NCBI GenBank assembly: GCA_965153455.1
Contig: OZ234493.1
Span: forward strand, 27,952,213 to 28,016,212
Direction of reading: 5' to 3'
Source of the DNA: Sphagnum compactum
Lineage: Eukaryota
DNA length: 64,000 nucleotides
Made by a program: the position numbers and the translations under genes. The notes beneath the pieces were generated by a model. The model was not told the origin of the DNA. It made no database searches and worked only from the letters and a program-made list of their open reading frames with translations. Positions 24,930 through 38,200 of the stretch are shown here, in pieces (the stretch's first letter is position 1; every line of letters begins with the position of its first letter).

Positions 24930-27900
24930 AAGAAATTAGCAAGACAAAAGGAATGCCTCCCATAGAATTAGGTCACGATCTAAAACGTTGAAAAAAAATC
25001 CTCACCTCCTCACGATTTGGAAATGAGGACTATTTGGTTGGGAGTAAGAGGAAAGAAATTTAGGTATAGAAACATTATGTGAAGTTCCACGTTGTAGCTC
25101 TAAGGGTTGTTATTGAAGCTTTTTGTTGTTGAAGTTGCAGCTAAAATTGTCAAAGCTCCTTGTTGTCAAAGTTGCAAATCATTGCAAAAACCACAAACCA
25201 CGATGTTGTCAGAACCATAAGCCACTATGCTAAAAGCTCACCACCAAGACTACAACACCCACGAAACTCAAAGCTCACAGATTGCTCAAAGCTCAAAGTA
25301 GACCCTTGTTCACAAACTGCTTTCGCTCTAGACCTTCTTCACAAACTACTTCGCTGGTTTCAAACCTTCCTCACAAATTGGTTGGGCTTCGGATCGTCCT
25401 TGCAAAAAACACTCGCTTCAATCACACTCAGATCATTAAAAAAAACATGGGATACAGGAGGAAACTCCTTTGATCCTGAGTTTGCTCCTGTCTTTTTTGC
25501 CTTCAGGATCGTGCCTTTTTATGTTTGTCATCTCTTTTGCCTAAACCCAGTACCAGAACCCTGAGTTTTCTGACTTTGCAGATAACTCTAATGTCTTTTT
25601 TTTTCCCTTTCAACAGTCCTTCATGAAACTCGAAACCAAGAAGCAGCCTGGAAACAGACCACCTATTTACCCACACAACCACAAGGGCAGGGGAGAAAAG
25701 GAATCCAAACAGTCTGAAATCCAGGAAAGAAAATTAGGGTCGATCTGGAATTTTCAGTACCCTACTGGGTGGCCTGCAGGCTCTTGTGATACCCCAAATT
25801 CTGGAAAGGACTAAAGATAGAGCCTCCTCCTGTACAAACTAATCATCCATCATCAACTTGTTTCCTTGCGTGTGACGGAGACCATTGTCCTACGTGCGCT
25901 GGCACATGCCTAAACTCCATAAATTTATTTTCAATCTATTTGATAGTGACAACAACTAAGGCATCTGAGGAAAATTGTCCCTCTAAGGAACTTGTCCCTC
26001 CACCATATCAATATTGAATATAAAATTTGCTGCACGGGTGATGACTTCCATGTGAGCAAAAGCTTGTCCCCCCAGCTCAGAAATGAATATATGTTTCCTC
26101 CTGTGAGAAGCCCAGTTTTAAAGTCACAACCAATTGCTGCAGGTATGATCAGTTCGTGCCACCTTTCCTTGCAGGAGCAGCAGTGATCATGAGCCAGTCA
26201 AAGTAATAAAACAACCAAAAACAACAAAAACAATGACTGACCATATAACACAAAAGCAACCCACACACTAAACCAGATGGAACAGAGAGTACCAGGGTCC
26301 AGCAGCCAGCCATTCTTTGCACGAAAACTTCAGCCACAAAAACAACGCACTTAACTTCCATTACAATCCCCAACCCAGCAGACCACACAATGCATTACCG
26401 ACATGCACATGATCATATTGCAGTAGCAACTACACACTGCAGTGGTAGACCGTTTGGTGTAATGCTTCTGCATTTGCAGACAACATATCGTGTTCCAAGC
26501 TTCTTCAGGTGTTGAAGAAATACCAGATATAACCTGTATAAAACAAGTGCAAGTGGTATGCAGGCTTTGGTTCCCAGGTTTGTTCTATGACTTAATTAGT
26601 TAATAGATGATCTTAAGTTTAGAGCTGATCTGCTCCTCCGACTGCACATGTTGATCAAGTCTGAAATTGGGGTGGGTTTGTCTTGGAACATTACATTTTG
26701 CTTTTAGGTGTGGCTGTCGGATGTCCACTTGCATCATGCTTGTTCCCTTTGCCTGTAAATGCCGCCATCCCAATTCCCAGATCTGCATTATTGTTCTGTA
26801 ATCATAATTACGTTTTTAGGAAATCATTTTATTCAATTGAAAGAGGAAGAAGGTTGGAAAATAAGCCGGACCCAACTTTGTAATAATTCCATCTGGCTCA
26901 GAGTTCATTTTTGCAATTGTTGTGAATTCAAAGTGAACAAAACAAATGGATGGCCCTTAAATGGTGCCAAACAATAACATATTATACCTTATTATGACAC
27001 TTAGGGTGCCGAAATTATGGCAAACAAAGCTCATAATGAAGTGAGATCGTTGGCTTGATTTCCTATCACTGAAGATTGTACTTTGCCCTTCACTTTAAAA
27101 TTACAGCTGCAGATTCTGATTTGGAGCAGGCACTTATAGACAGTTAATTTTCCCCAATAGAATGGAGAGAAAAATTGGGGTTTGATTCCCATCTTTTCGG
27201 CATAAATAGATATCTAAAAACCCATTCTGAATGTTTGCACACACCTATGCAGAGGGGGCAAAAACGTAATTGACCTAAATATGTACACTGCCATGTGCAT
27301 TTCTGGCCTTTAGTCCCAGCTCCAAATCTTCATCCTGAGTGCCACTACTACATGCACCATTTATGTGAGTAGTACTCCTACTGGCCATTGCCTTTGTGCT
27401 CAGCTTGTTCTATACACCGAAGCAATTTGTATATTTCTGGACCCTCTGTGGTGTGAAAGTTCTGCAGGAAAGGGAAATATTCATCTTTCCCATCCGCCAA
27501 AAAGTGCTCAACCTGTTGTGCTCGAGGACATTGGGCTACTTTTTGTACATATATAGAGAGTGCGTTCCTACACAGCGCCCAAATTTTCACCAGTTCTTTC
27601 CACTATACCTGCTTTCTAGTGTTCAACTATACACCATTAATCTGATATTGAAATCTGAACTGAACTCCTTGAGAACGTTCTCTTCCTCATCAATTGAAGA
27701 CAAGTGTCCACTAGTCTAAAGATGCCAGTGTTCTGCAATGACAAGGTCATTTTCTAGTCCGCAGATCCAATTGGTTTAATGGTTCCTTTGGCTACCTTAT
27801 CTTCACATTAGGACCAGATTACTGAGCATTCTGGCAATCTGTTTTACAACCTTTTCAAACTGTGTTTCAAAATAAAGTTTCTTGTCAGCATCCTCTGCCA

Positions 27901-28229
27901 CCGTTAATGAAGATTAGGATGAATACCAAATTAACAACTACCATACCTAGGCCCGAGTAAACCAGCACCCACCAGTGCACCTATTGGCGGTTCTGTCCAT
28001 AAGATGGGCTGCGTTTCTTCATCCGTTTCCTACCTTAACCCAACGTTGTCCTACAGTCAACCTTTTTGGGCTGCTGACCTGTGACCCTTTTAATTCTTTG
28101 GGCGTTTTTTTCCCAACCCTGATCATACTACCCTCCAACCTAGTCACCCTAATCCCTAGCTACATTGTTGACTGACATCTTGGTTCTACTTACCAACCCC
28201 TTGCCTACCTACCCATTATTTTTTCATGC

Positions 28230-29220
28230 CTAAACCTCTCTCCTGACTAAACATTTGCCTTTTGACACAACTTCTAATTATTCTGGGTTAAATTTATATC
28301 TCTTAGCAAAACCTCCATCTCTTCATGACTAAATTTTTACATGTTGATAAAACTTTTATATTTTTTTATCTTTTGACATAACTTTTAATTTTTTTGGGTT
28401 AAATTATATCTCTTAGCAAAACCTCCATCTCTTCATGACTAAATTTTTACACGTTGATAAAACTTTTATATTTTTTTATCTTTTGACATAACTTTTAAAT
28501 TTTTTGGGTTAAATTATATTTCTTAGCAAAACCTCCATCTCTTCATGACTAAATTTTTACATGTTGACAAAATTTTTATATTTTCTTAGTTAATTGTCTA
28601 TCTCTTGACAAAACTTTTATCTCTTCATGACTAAACTTTTATTTCTCAACAAAACTTTTTTTGGCTAAACCTATATCTTTTGACAAAATCTCCATCTTTT
28701 CATGACTAAATCACTACATGTTGGCAAAATTTTTATTTATTTATTACTAAACTTTTACCTCTTGGCAAAACCTTAACCTCTTTATAACTAGATTTTTATT
28801 TTTCAATAAAACTTCTATCTTTTATTGGTTGAATATCTACCACTTGGAAATTTTTTTAATTCTTCATGGCTAAAACTTTACCTTTTGGCAATTTACTTTT
28901 ATCTTTTTTTGACTAAATATTTACCTCTTAATAAAACCTCTATCTCTTCTTGGATAAGCCTCTACAAATTGGAAAAGCTTCTAATTCTTCCTAGTTAAAC
29001 TATAACTCTTGGCAAAACTTTCATCTCTTTATGATTAAGCCTCTACTTATTAACAAAACTTTTATCTTTTCTTGGTTAAATTTTTATGTTTTAGAAAAAA
29101 CTTTTATTTCTTCATGGCTAAACTTATACATATAGGCAAAACTTCTACCTTTTGACAAAACTTTTATATTATCTTGAATTAACCTAAAAATTATTTTTTT
29201 GACAAAATTTTTAACAAAAC
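28230..29220. repeat. AT-rich minisatellite (~40-bp basic unit; three ~110-bp higher-order copies at 28285, 28396, 28506)
   Basis: Recurring CTCTT(A/G)GCAAAACCTC(C/T)ATCTCTTCATGACTAAA motif. Confidence 0.9.
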
Positions 29221-29294
29221 TTTTTGGCTACCTTATTGACCTAGCTATTTTATTGACCTAGTTACAAACCTAACTTGTTTTTTATTTGTGTACA

Positions 29295-29420
29295 TACCTA
29301 CCTACCTAGCCACCAACCTACTTACATACCTATTTATTTACCTACCACCCACTCACCTACCTATCCACCTATTTATTTACTTACCTACCTACCCACCTAC
29401 CTATTCACCTACTTACCTAT
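29295..29420. repeat. Degenerate (CCTA)n microsatellite
   Basis: TACCTACCTACCTAGCCACCAACCTACTTAC... read directly. Confidence 0.85.
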
Positions 29421-31334
29421 CATTTACACGATGTTATGTTGGCCAATGTATGATGTACAAAATATAAAGGTATTGCATTAAATGAATTAAAAACCATTTT
29501 AATCATATTTGACCCCTTGATGTCAATAAATAGTAACCCTAAATGCAGGTATCACACATTCAATCAACTTTTGTGACCCACACGTAAATATCGCATATTT
29601 TGGTGGTTGTTGTTAGAAGCTAAAATACTTGAAGATCAATAACAAAATATAGTACCCACATATGAAAACAATGTCATTTCAAATACAATACACCTCAATG
29701 ATTATTACATACTTAGTGACCAAAATGCAAGCAATCTTTTTTCTTTTTTGGATTCCTATTCTTTTTTAAATTATTATTTTATGTCTTTTTTTTCCTTCTA
29801 ATTTTTTTATTTTTCTATTGTCATCATTTTTTTCATTGAACATGCATATTTTATGCCCAACATTTGGGTATTGCACAAACCATCCAAAAAAATCAATTGA
29901 CATTTTATGCTTCAAATGTGGGTGTTGCAAAATCATTCTAACAAAACTAATGTTTATTTTGTAACCCTTATGCAAGTATATCACATTGAATTTTATGGGT
30001 ATGAACATATATTGTCTATTGGATTTGAAAAAAAAAGAAAAAAAAGAAAAAAATAATTTTTTTTTTAAAAATCATCTTTTAGAATGTTTAAGATTAGAAA
30101 AACTGAAAAAATAGGAGGGGGGGTGAGATTTTTTAAGACAAATGTAAGAAATAAACAAAAATAATAATTCTTTTCGCATTAAAAAAACCAAAAAATGGTA
30201 AAATAGGGCAAAAAAAACTATAAAAAACTTCTTATTCTTAGAAAAACAGAAACAAACTAAAGAAAACAAACTTCTTCTTTTGGAATTTAAAAAATAGAAA
30301 AAATAGAAAAAAAAACAAACGTTTCTTGTTTTCTTCTAAATTTTTTTCTTTACATATTTTATTATTATTATTTTCATTTCCTTATGTTTCATTCTTCTTT
30401 CTTCATCTTTTTTTTTTCTTTTTTTTTCTTTTTTGTTTTGCTCTTGTTTCACTAACCAAAACTGAAAAAAGACAAGGAAAAAAGTAAAGGCATACTCGCG
30501 TGATGTGCACAACTACTAATGGTGCAACAAACAATGATGCAAGTGTAATGATGTGATTAAAAATATGCTTGAAAAAGAAGAAAGAAAACAAAATGGTGAA
30601 AAAGTTGTAACAATAGAAAAAAAAGATAAAAAAAAGAAACTATAGTATCAACACAAATGAAAGAAAAACAACGTTCAGAAAAAAATCTATAGCACCAACA
30701 AAAGAGAAGAAGAAATAATCGTAGTAGTAAAAAGAAATTGATGACGAAAAAACTACAGCAATAGTGAAACAGAAGATGAGGATGGTGGAGGAAAAGAAGA
30801 ACAAAAGAGGAGGAGGAGAAAAAAAAAAGGTGGGAAAATTTTGAAATCTAAGGGAAGGGTGGGCCAGTGAAGAGAAAAAAAAAACCCACCTCACTGTTTT
30901 GTTTGGTTTAGACTAAATGATTTGCGTTCATCCCAAAACGGCCAAAACAGCCTCATCCCACAACTGATGGATTAGTGGGTCACAGCTGCTCCATACCTAT
31001 GACTAATAATTGGCACTTCGTTGTCAAATATTTATTTATTTATGAAACGAGATTCAACTGTTTCAAATTTAATTTTTCAATTTTTCAACAGTTGAGGAAT
31101 AAATATGCAAAATACACCTTGAGTTGTGTATTTGTAATATTAACCCAATGGTTGGGACAGTAAACAACTTTTCACAAGTTGGGAGTTTGACTCCCAACAA
31201 TTTTGATAAATATCAATAAAATTCTCTTTTCCCAACAAGACCTTTTGAGAATTATTTTGTGCTGAACAGCAATAGTACTTACGGTACCCATTGTTAGGTA
31301 TACTTTTATATCCAAAGTGATTTTATGTTTTAAG

Positions 31335-31730
31335 GTGATGGGCCTCTTTGATTGGCCCATCACCCCAAAATAACTCACATTATGGATAGTCTCTGCCAAT
31401 ATAGAAGATAATTTAATCAAGCTATATTGATTACAAGAGTAGAATTTCAGACATATATGGGTTCAAGTGTGGTGCTATGGGGAATGAACTTGAGGGAAGA
31501 CATGGGAATTAGGGGAACAAATTGGAGACATCATTGGGAGCTTGATAGGAATACTGGGAACAAACCAACCAACAAAAATCAAACACCCCCCTCACCAAAG
31601 GAAGAAATTAGGTCCTCTTGGATGCATGTTGAGTTGTCTCATTCGCTGTCTGAAATTTTTATTTCTAAGTTTGCTTCTTTTCAGCCTAGGCTAGTACTCC
31701 TTTGCAAGAGCTTGGGTTCGTATCCATGCT
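31335..31730. repeat. Dispersed repeat, paired with 44073-44380
   Basis: Both copies start GTGATGG(G)CCTCTTTGATTGG, contain a TGGGAAC-rich core, and share TCTTGGATGCATG and CCTAGGCTA. Confidence 0.7.
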
Positions 31731-34084
31731 TTCATAGTATTCAATGACATGAACTTGACATAGTAACATACATATTTATTTCCCAATTTTTTTTCAAGGT
31801 TTATAGTTCCATCATGGTATTAAGGAAGGTTGTTTGTTTTCTTTGTTTTGTCATGTTGAGATCTTCAAAACCACAACACCTCTTGCTGCGATCTTGGTAT
31901 TATTGAAAAGTTGTCAATGAGAGGGGTGCACTGAGGTGGTTTCATAATGTTTTGACTTAAGTTGCAAGAGTTGTGCAATATTCAACAATTTTGTTGTTGA
32001 GAAATTAATAACATCAATTTATTTTTTTGCGGAAATTGGGACACGGTCTTGATATTGTTCCAAAGAGCTTGACAAGTAGGGTTTTATGAAGGTGATATAG
32101 TAATTTTTAGACTAAGGTGTGAGAGATATTGAATTTGAGTAATTTTTTTCATTCAAAATTTAATGAAATTCAAAATTTAATGAAAATTAGATTTCAGACG
32201 GAGGCTAAAGAAGGTGTACATTTTCCCTTTCAAAATTCATTCATTATATTGCAATATGTGCTCAATAGCACAGGCCACAGTAATATACATGATACAAACA
32301 AATTGATTGAATCCCCAGCTTATCATAAAAGAAACCACAGAAGACATGCAAGGTTTTCTTTCTCTTTTCCCATAATTACAGTGCATCCATCATTGTCTGA
32401 ATTCATTGTTTACAGAGCTCACTCCATCGCGAATGGAGATTGCTATTCATCATGATATTTTAGGGGAGACATTCCAGACTTTGGTTTCATAAGGGTCATA
32501 AGCTTGTGCAAACTCACAGGTACATATTAAATATGGGATGTCAGAGGCGAGTGATGCATGTTACGTTGCGGGTATTCACATGAAATGCTCTGAGCTACAT
32601 TGCTGACAGAACATGTGCCCCAGAAAGTTTGGACGTGCAACACAGAAAAGTAACTTAGTACTCCCTAGTTTTCCAAACCCTAGGACATGGAGGTGTGCCC
32701 CATCTAATGACCGCTTATAAAACATTTACATGATATTTATTGTGGGTGTTGCATCTCGATTAGAGTGGTGTATACAAATTTTAGTGCAACGATATGCTCC
32801 TTCTCTGTCAACAAATTTGAGCTAGGCTGTGCACTTGCTTGACTCAAGCAATGTTCCCCTCTTCAAAAACAGATCAGTAAAGATATTATGTGCTTCATGC
32901 CATAGCATCACAGAAAATATTCGAGTACACAGAATAAGTAAGAGAGTTAGAGAAACATTTTACTCCTTCCCCATGGTTGGATATTTGTGTATTGCAAGAC
33001 TTGTCTCCTTTTATGGCATTTCCTAATATTGGAGAAGGTGGGGTCTTGCATAAAAAAGGGAGCAGATGAACAGCCTACGTTTAAGATCTCTACAATCAGG
33101 GGATGGTCCTGTCATCTAGTGCACGAGAAAAACTGTATGCTTCAATGACAAGGGCACGTTGTCACCTGACTCCAACAATATCAGGAAAATAAAACACAAC
33201 AACCCAAGCCCATCAGGGGACCAAACGCCACACAAGAATAATGCAATGTAGACCCCATTCAAATCACCTATATTCTAAAGAAACTATGATACTAACTCCC
33301 ACTAGGTCTTCCCCAGATGGTTGGTTGTTAGGGACAAGACCACAATTTCTCCTTAGAGAGTAGAGTTCTTGGTTGTGAAGAACTAACATTATTGTGGAAT
33401 TCTCTACATGTGGCAGAGAATTATTTCCAATGCATGATATTCATTATTTCTAGGAGTTGTCGATTGTTGTTGGATCTGAAGTCTGTAATCTGTAGAACAA
33501 TTGTGCAAAGAGATGGGCCTACACCCTATCAGAATTTACTGAGCTCATCAACCAATTTTTGAACCTTGAGAGTGTCTGTTACCTTCACTTCTCTCTTGTC
33601 TAAGAGAGAGAGCAAGGACTATGTGTCCAGTTCTTCATAAGAGTCAAATCCACACTTTTGTTATTCGAGAGAACCCTTCCAGCTATAAACATATTTACAC
33701 TTCCACCAGAGACAATGTGGTACATGACCCTTGGCACAATGGGGATAACATTTTATGTATTAAGGAATGGGCAACTCCTTGACTACTCTGCAAAGTAAGT
33801 CGGCAAATGAGCCCATCAGCACACTCTACAAAGTTATAGGGGCGTGCTCATTCTTATGAGTAAAGGATTTTGGATGATTAAGCTTTTTTTACATTGATGA
33901 TTATGTTAAATCGTGGTCATTGGAAAGGACAGTTTATGATTATATTAAATAATGAACAATGATAAGGACATGTAATTAATTATGAGAACAAGGTCACCTT
34001 GGATGAGAATATTACAGTTTTAAGGAACCCTGAAAATTGGCGTAATATGCTCTCAAAATTCATTATGTAACATTCCCAATTAAC

Positions 34085-34339
34085 CAGTTTTTAAAAAAAA
34101 CTTGTAATTGAGTGATAATTCAAAAAACATGTTAGCTATAAGTGAATTTCGAAAGTAAAAAAAACTAAGCAACCTTCTATATTGTTGACTACCTGCTACA
34201 ATGTGAGGTGGAAATCTGGCAGATTTTTCTGATTTTATTTTTTCAAAATCTTGTGAAACAAACCCCCAAAAACCACTTTTTAAATTTTTTTAGTTTTGCT
34301 TCCTCAAGTGGCAAAACTTCACAAATTACAAAAAGTCTG
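34085..34339. mobile_element. hAT-type MITE
   Basis: CAGTTTTTT...AAAAAGTCTG ends; 8-bp flanks CAATTAAC/CAACCAAC (6/8); core CCTTCTATATTGTTGACTACCTGCT also seen at ~42030 and ~43313. Confidence 0.65.
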
Positions 34340-34759
34340 CAACCAACACAACACCTATGCAACAATTTTAAATCTTTTTGTTGAAATGTGAGTACCAGTT
34401 TCAACTTGAATTCAAATGGGTTACACTTCTCATGATCAATGCCATTATCAAAGGGCCTGTTACTATATGATTTTTCTGTGCCTAGAATACAGACTGCTAG
34501 AGTGAAGTCGTCTCTATGAGAACATGGTTAGTGGTCTAGTGGAATCTTGTTGGGTAATGTCCGCCCCTCACCAGGCGACAATTAGTCAAAAGAACTGTAA
34601 TTTCATTTCTGGCAAACACAGGACTCAGCATTATGGACGTATTACTTAATTCTTTTGGCAGTGCAGTTGCAAGGGAGTAAGACTGCAAAGAGGAAGCATT
34701 TTGTATCTAGTTGGTGGTAACAGCAAGGGCAAACTTTGGCAAGGCTTCTGACAGACTCG

Positions 34760-35243
34760 TGACATGCCCTTCTAGGTGAACCCTCAAGTGGAGGGGCTCG
34801 CCTAGTCGGGGCCCAAGTTCAGACCACCATGGGTCAGCCCCTGTGGCAGATTGGGGCACTAATCTAAGTGTTAGGCTAGGTTGAACTCCAGGTTTGACAT
34901 CACTCACAACTCACATAGGTGCAAGGAGTGAGGGTTTGAGGAAGGGGGCCGAGAAGATGTCTTTGGTGCTATGTCTTCCAAATAGACAAGAAGTTAGGCC
35001 ATGAGACAAGAATTGATAGTCCTGAGTGACGAGGCTTTAAACTAATTGAGAAGTCCATGGTGGGTTTAGTCCCACCCATCTAAGGGTTAGGGTTAGCCCA
35101 AGTCTTGATAGGTTCATGAGATGAGATGAATGTTGAAACTAACCTAATGCGTTGCTTGCCATGTGTAGGTAGTTTAGGTGTTTAGCAAGGAACGCGGTCA
35201 AAGGTGTGGATGCAAAGGCACTAAGGCAAATCTAGATGCAAGA
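34760..35243 (+). repeat. 5' LTR of gypsy copy B
   Basis: First 31 nt are identical to the rc of 6937-6967; followed by the PBS. Confidence 0.9.
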
Positions 35244-35299
35244 GATGGTATCAAAGCAAGTTCCTTAGGTCTTCAGGAAAAATTTTAAGCAAAATGAAC

Positions 35300-38200
35300 A
35301 TTAAACCATCAACAAAGGTCAAGCCAAAGAGAAAATACAAGACCAAAAAGGAGAAAGAGAGAGGGCATAGAAACCAAATGCCAAGATTTTACCCAAATGG
35401 GGGAAACCATGTTGGAGCGACAATTGTCCCAAGGTGAACAAGATAGCCTAAGGGAAATCATCCCAGAGGCCATTAAAAAACCCCTCCACAAATCAAAAGA
35501 AAAGACAAGAGGGGAACTGAAGGACAAATGAAAGGGAAAAGTCCTAGACCCAATTCGAGAGATGTGCGATCATGTGGACTTGCACTCCTCATGCAAAGAT
35601 TTGAGTGGAAAGACTCATCTATTGACAGTCCCCTTCAAATTTCCTTCCAAAAGGAAGGGTGGCAAAAGGGCCACATAATGCATTGAGGAAGAAGTTGATA
35701 AAACCTTAGGGGTAAAAGGGGAAAAGGTGAACCAAACTATTGGGGCAAATGCACCCAAAGGCATCATGGATATCTTGAACTCCTCAAAGGCCCTCATGGT
35801 GCAGGAAGGCCAAACCACTTTGAGCCAAATGGTGGTGGGATTGGGCTTGGTTATGGTCACCTCGAGTGGAGGCTTTGCCGAGGTGATGAAAGCAAGGTTG
35901 CTTGACTTTTTCATGGGGAAGGATACCAAGGTGAAATGAATGCACCAATGGCTTCTACAAGTGGAGGCTTATTTGGAGACTTGATGCTTCACCTCAAATG
36001 AGCAAATTCAATTCGCAAAGACTCTCCTCAAAGAGAATGCATGGGATTGGTGGACGGTTCAAAAACAAAAGACATCCAACTTGTTTGAAGTTCTAATTAA
36101 GGAAGAATTCAAATTACAATTGAATGAAATATTCATGACGCACTACCTTGTGTTCAAGCACGAAATGGAGCTCTTGGAACTTGCCCAAAGGGATGGGGTG
36201 GGTTCTTTGGTCCATTATGTATAAAAGTTTAACGTGAAAATAATGATTGTTGCTTGCAAGGATGAGTTTGCAAGGAAGTTGGTTCTTTTATGCGGGTTGA
36301 AGGCATGGGTCCAAAATATAGTTTACCAAAGGGCAAACATTTTGAATACATGCCAAGGGTTGATGAAGTTGGTGGAATACATGGAAGATGATGGCCTTTT
36401 GTGCCACCGTGATGAATTTAGAAGCATGGTCACCCAAAAGAACAATGTAGGCCCGAGTAATGGAAACAAAGGCCAAAACAAATGGAAGTGGGACCAAAGC
36501 AAGCTAAGGTCCCACAACAACAAGGAAAAGCCATAAGGTAAGAATCTAGTGGGAAAGAAGGATGATCGTGACCTCACAAAGATCATGTGTTTCAACTACG
36601 AAAACCTAGGACACTTGATAAAGGATTGCCCAAAGTAACATCAAATAAATGTTTGTATTTCCCAAAGTAATAATTTTTTCAAGGGGCTTTGTGGTCAAAA
36701 TTAACACCAAAAAAAATGAAACCTCCATTTTATTAAAACTGAAATGTAAAGTTAATGACAGGGTGTTGTGTTGTCTCTTGGATTTAAGAGGTTCCAATTC
36801 ATTCATGACTCCACAAACGATAGAACAGTTGGAAGTTTTTGTACGGTTGGGAGTCAAGATTGAATTAGTGGCTAATTGGGCATCACAGTACATTTGGTAC
36901 AAAAAATAACTAGACTTCATAATCAAGTTATTTTGTAGTGGAGTTCAACTTTTTAATAATTTCACCTTGTGTGACTTAGATAGTTTTGATGCAATTATAA
37001 GAAACACATTTTTAGAAGCCTATGAAGTAGACATCCTGTGCAACGGAAATAATGTGAAAATCCATGTAATTAAAGAGTTAGAGTTGCCTAATTTTGTAAT
37101 TTTGATGTCTTTGGGAGTAACTAATGGAGGGTTTAAGTTAAAAGGGGCAATGCAACCTCCCAAATGTATTTTAGATTCACCCAATAACATTTTAGAGGTG
37201 GTAACATACAAACTTTTCAATTTTCTCCAACCTATAGAAAGGTTGACAACAAAATTGAAGTGGTGTTTGGGTCAGCTTTGCCATCCAAATCACCTTATAA
37301 ATTAAACCCAAAAAATTAAAAAAATTAAAAAAAAAAAATTAAATGACCTCTTCAATGGGGGCTATATTCAACAAAGCAAAGTAAATCACATTATGGGGCA
37401 TTGGTTTTGTTTGTCGATAAAAAGGACGTAAGTTGAAAATGTGCATTGACTATTGTGCCTTGAACAAAGTGATGATAAAGAACAATTATCCTCTACCTTG
37501 CATTGACAATCTATTAAATTAACTCAATGGGGCTAAAAATTTGAACCGGATTGATATTAAATTTGAAATACTATCAAATTCACATAGCGGATGAAGATGT
37601 TGAATAGATGGCTATGAAGATTAAGTATGGTGTTTATGACTTCTTGGTCATTCCATTTGGATTGTGTAATGCCTCATTGATGTTCACAACCTTCTTAAAC
37701 TTAATCTTTCATGAAAAGTTAAATGAATTTGTGATCATCTATATTGGTAATATCTTGGTGTATTCCAAGATTGCTGAAGAGCATGTGGAACACTAAGATA
37801 CGTTTTGAAATAACTCCAACGCAACAAAAAAAATTCCAACAGAACCAAAAGTGTGTTTGTCCAAGAAGAAATGGTCTTCCTTAGGCATGTGTTGACAAGG
37901 GAAAGGATCAAACTTGACCCCAAAAAGTTGCAAGCCATGAAAGATTGAAAAATATTGATCATGACCAAAAGAATTTGATATTTTCTTGGTTTGGCAAGGA
38001 AGACAACTAAGATGGCACAATACCTTGGCATTGTTGGATGTGGACCTTATCCAAAGCCAAGATGGGACAACATAGTCGTAGATGCGTTGAGTTAGAAGGA
38101 AGAATTCCAAGTGGAAAAACCCCCAACTGAGATTCAAGCCTTTATCTTCCAAGGGGAAAGTAGCCATAAATGAAAAATAAGGGAGGCCTATATGTAAGAC

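Larger units (their letters stand above)
27947..30971 (-). mobile_element. Probable non-autonomous Helitron-like element
   Basis: On the minus strand it begins A|TCCATCAGTTGTGGGATG (5' TC) and ends with a short GC hairpin (GCAC-TGGTGG-GTGC) ~14 nt before CTAG. No TIR or TSD. Interior is minisatellite and A/T-rich filler. The base after CTAG is G rather than the canonical T. Confidence 0.5.

Noticed and set aside
6968..34759. Inversion by recombination between the two inverted gypsy copies
   Set aside because: The flanking pentamers (CTTAT, GTTAC, ACTCG, GTGAG) do not show the swapped reverse-complement TSD pattern expected.
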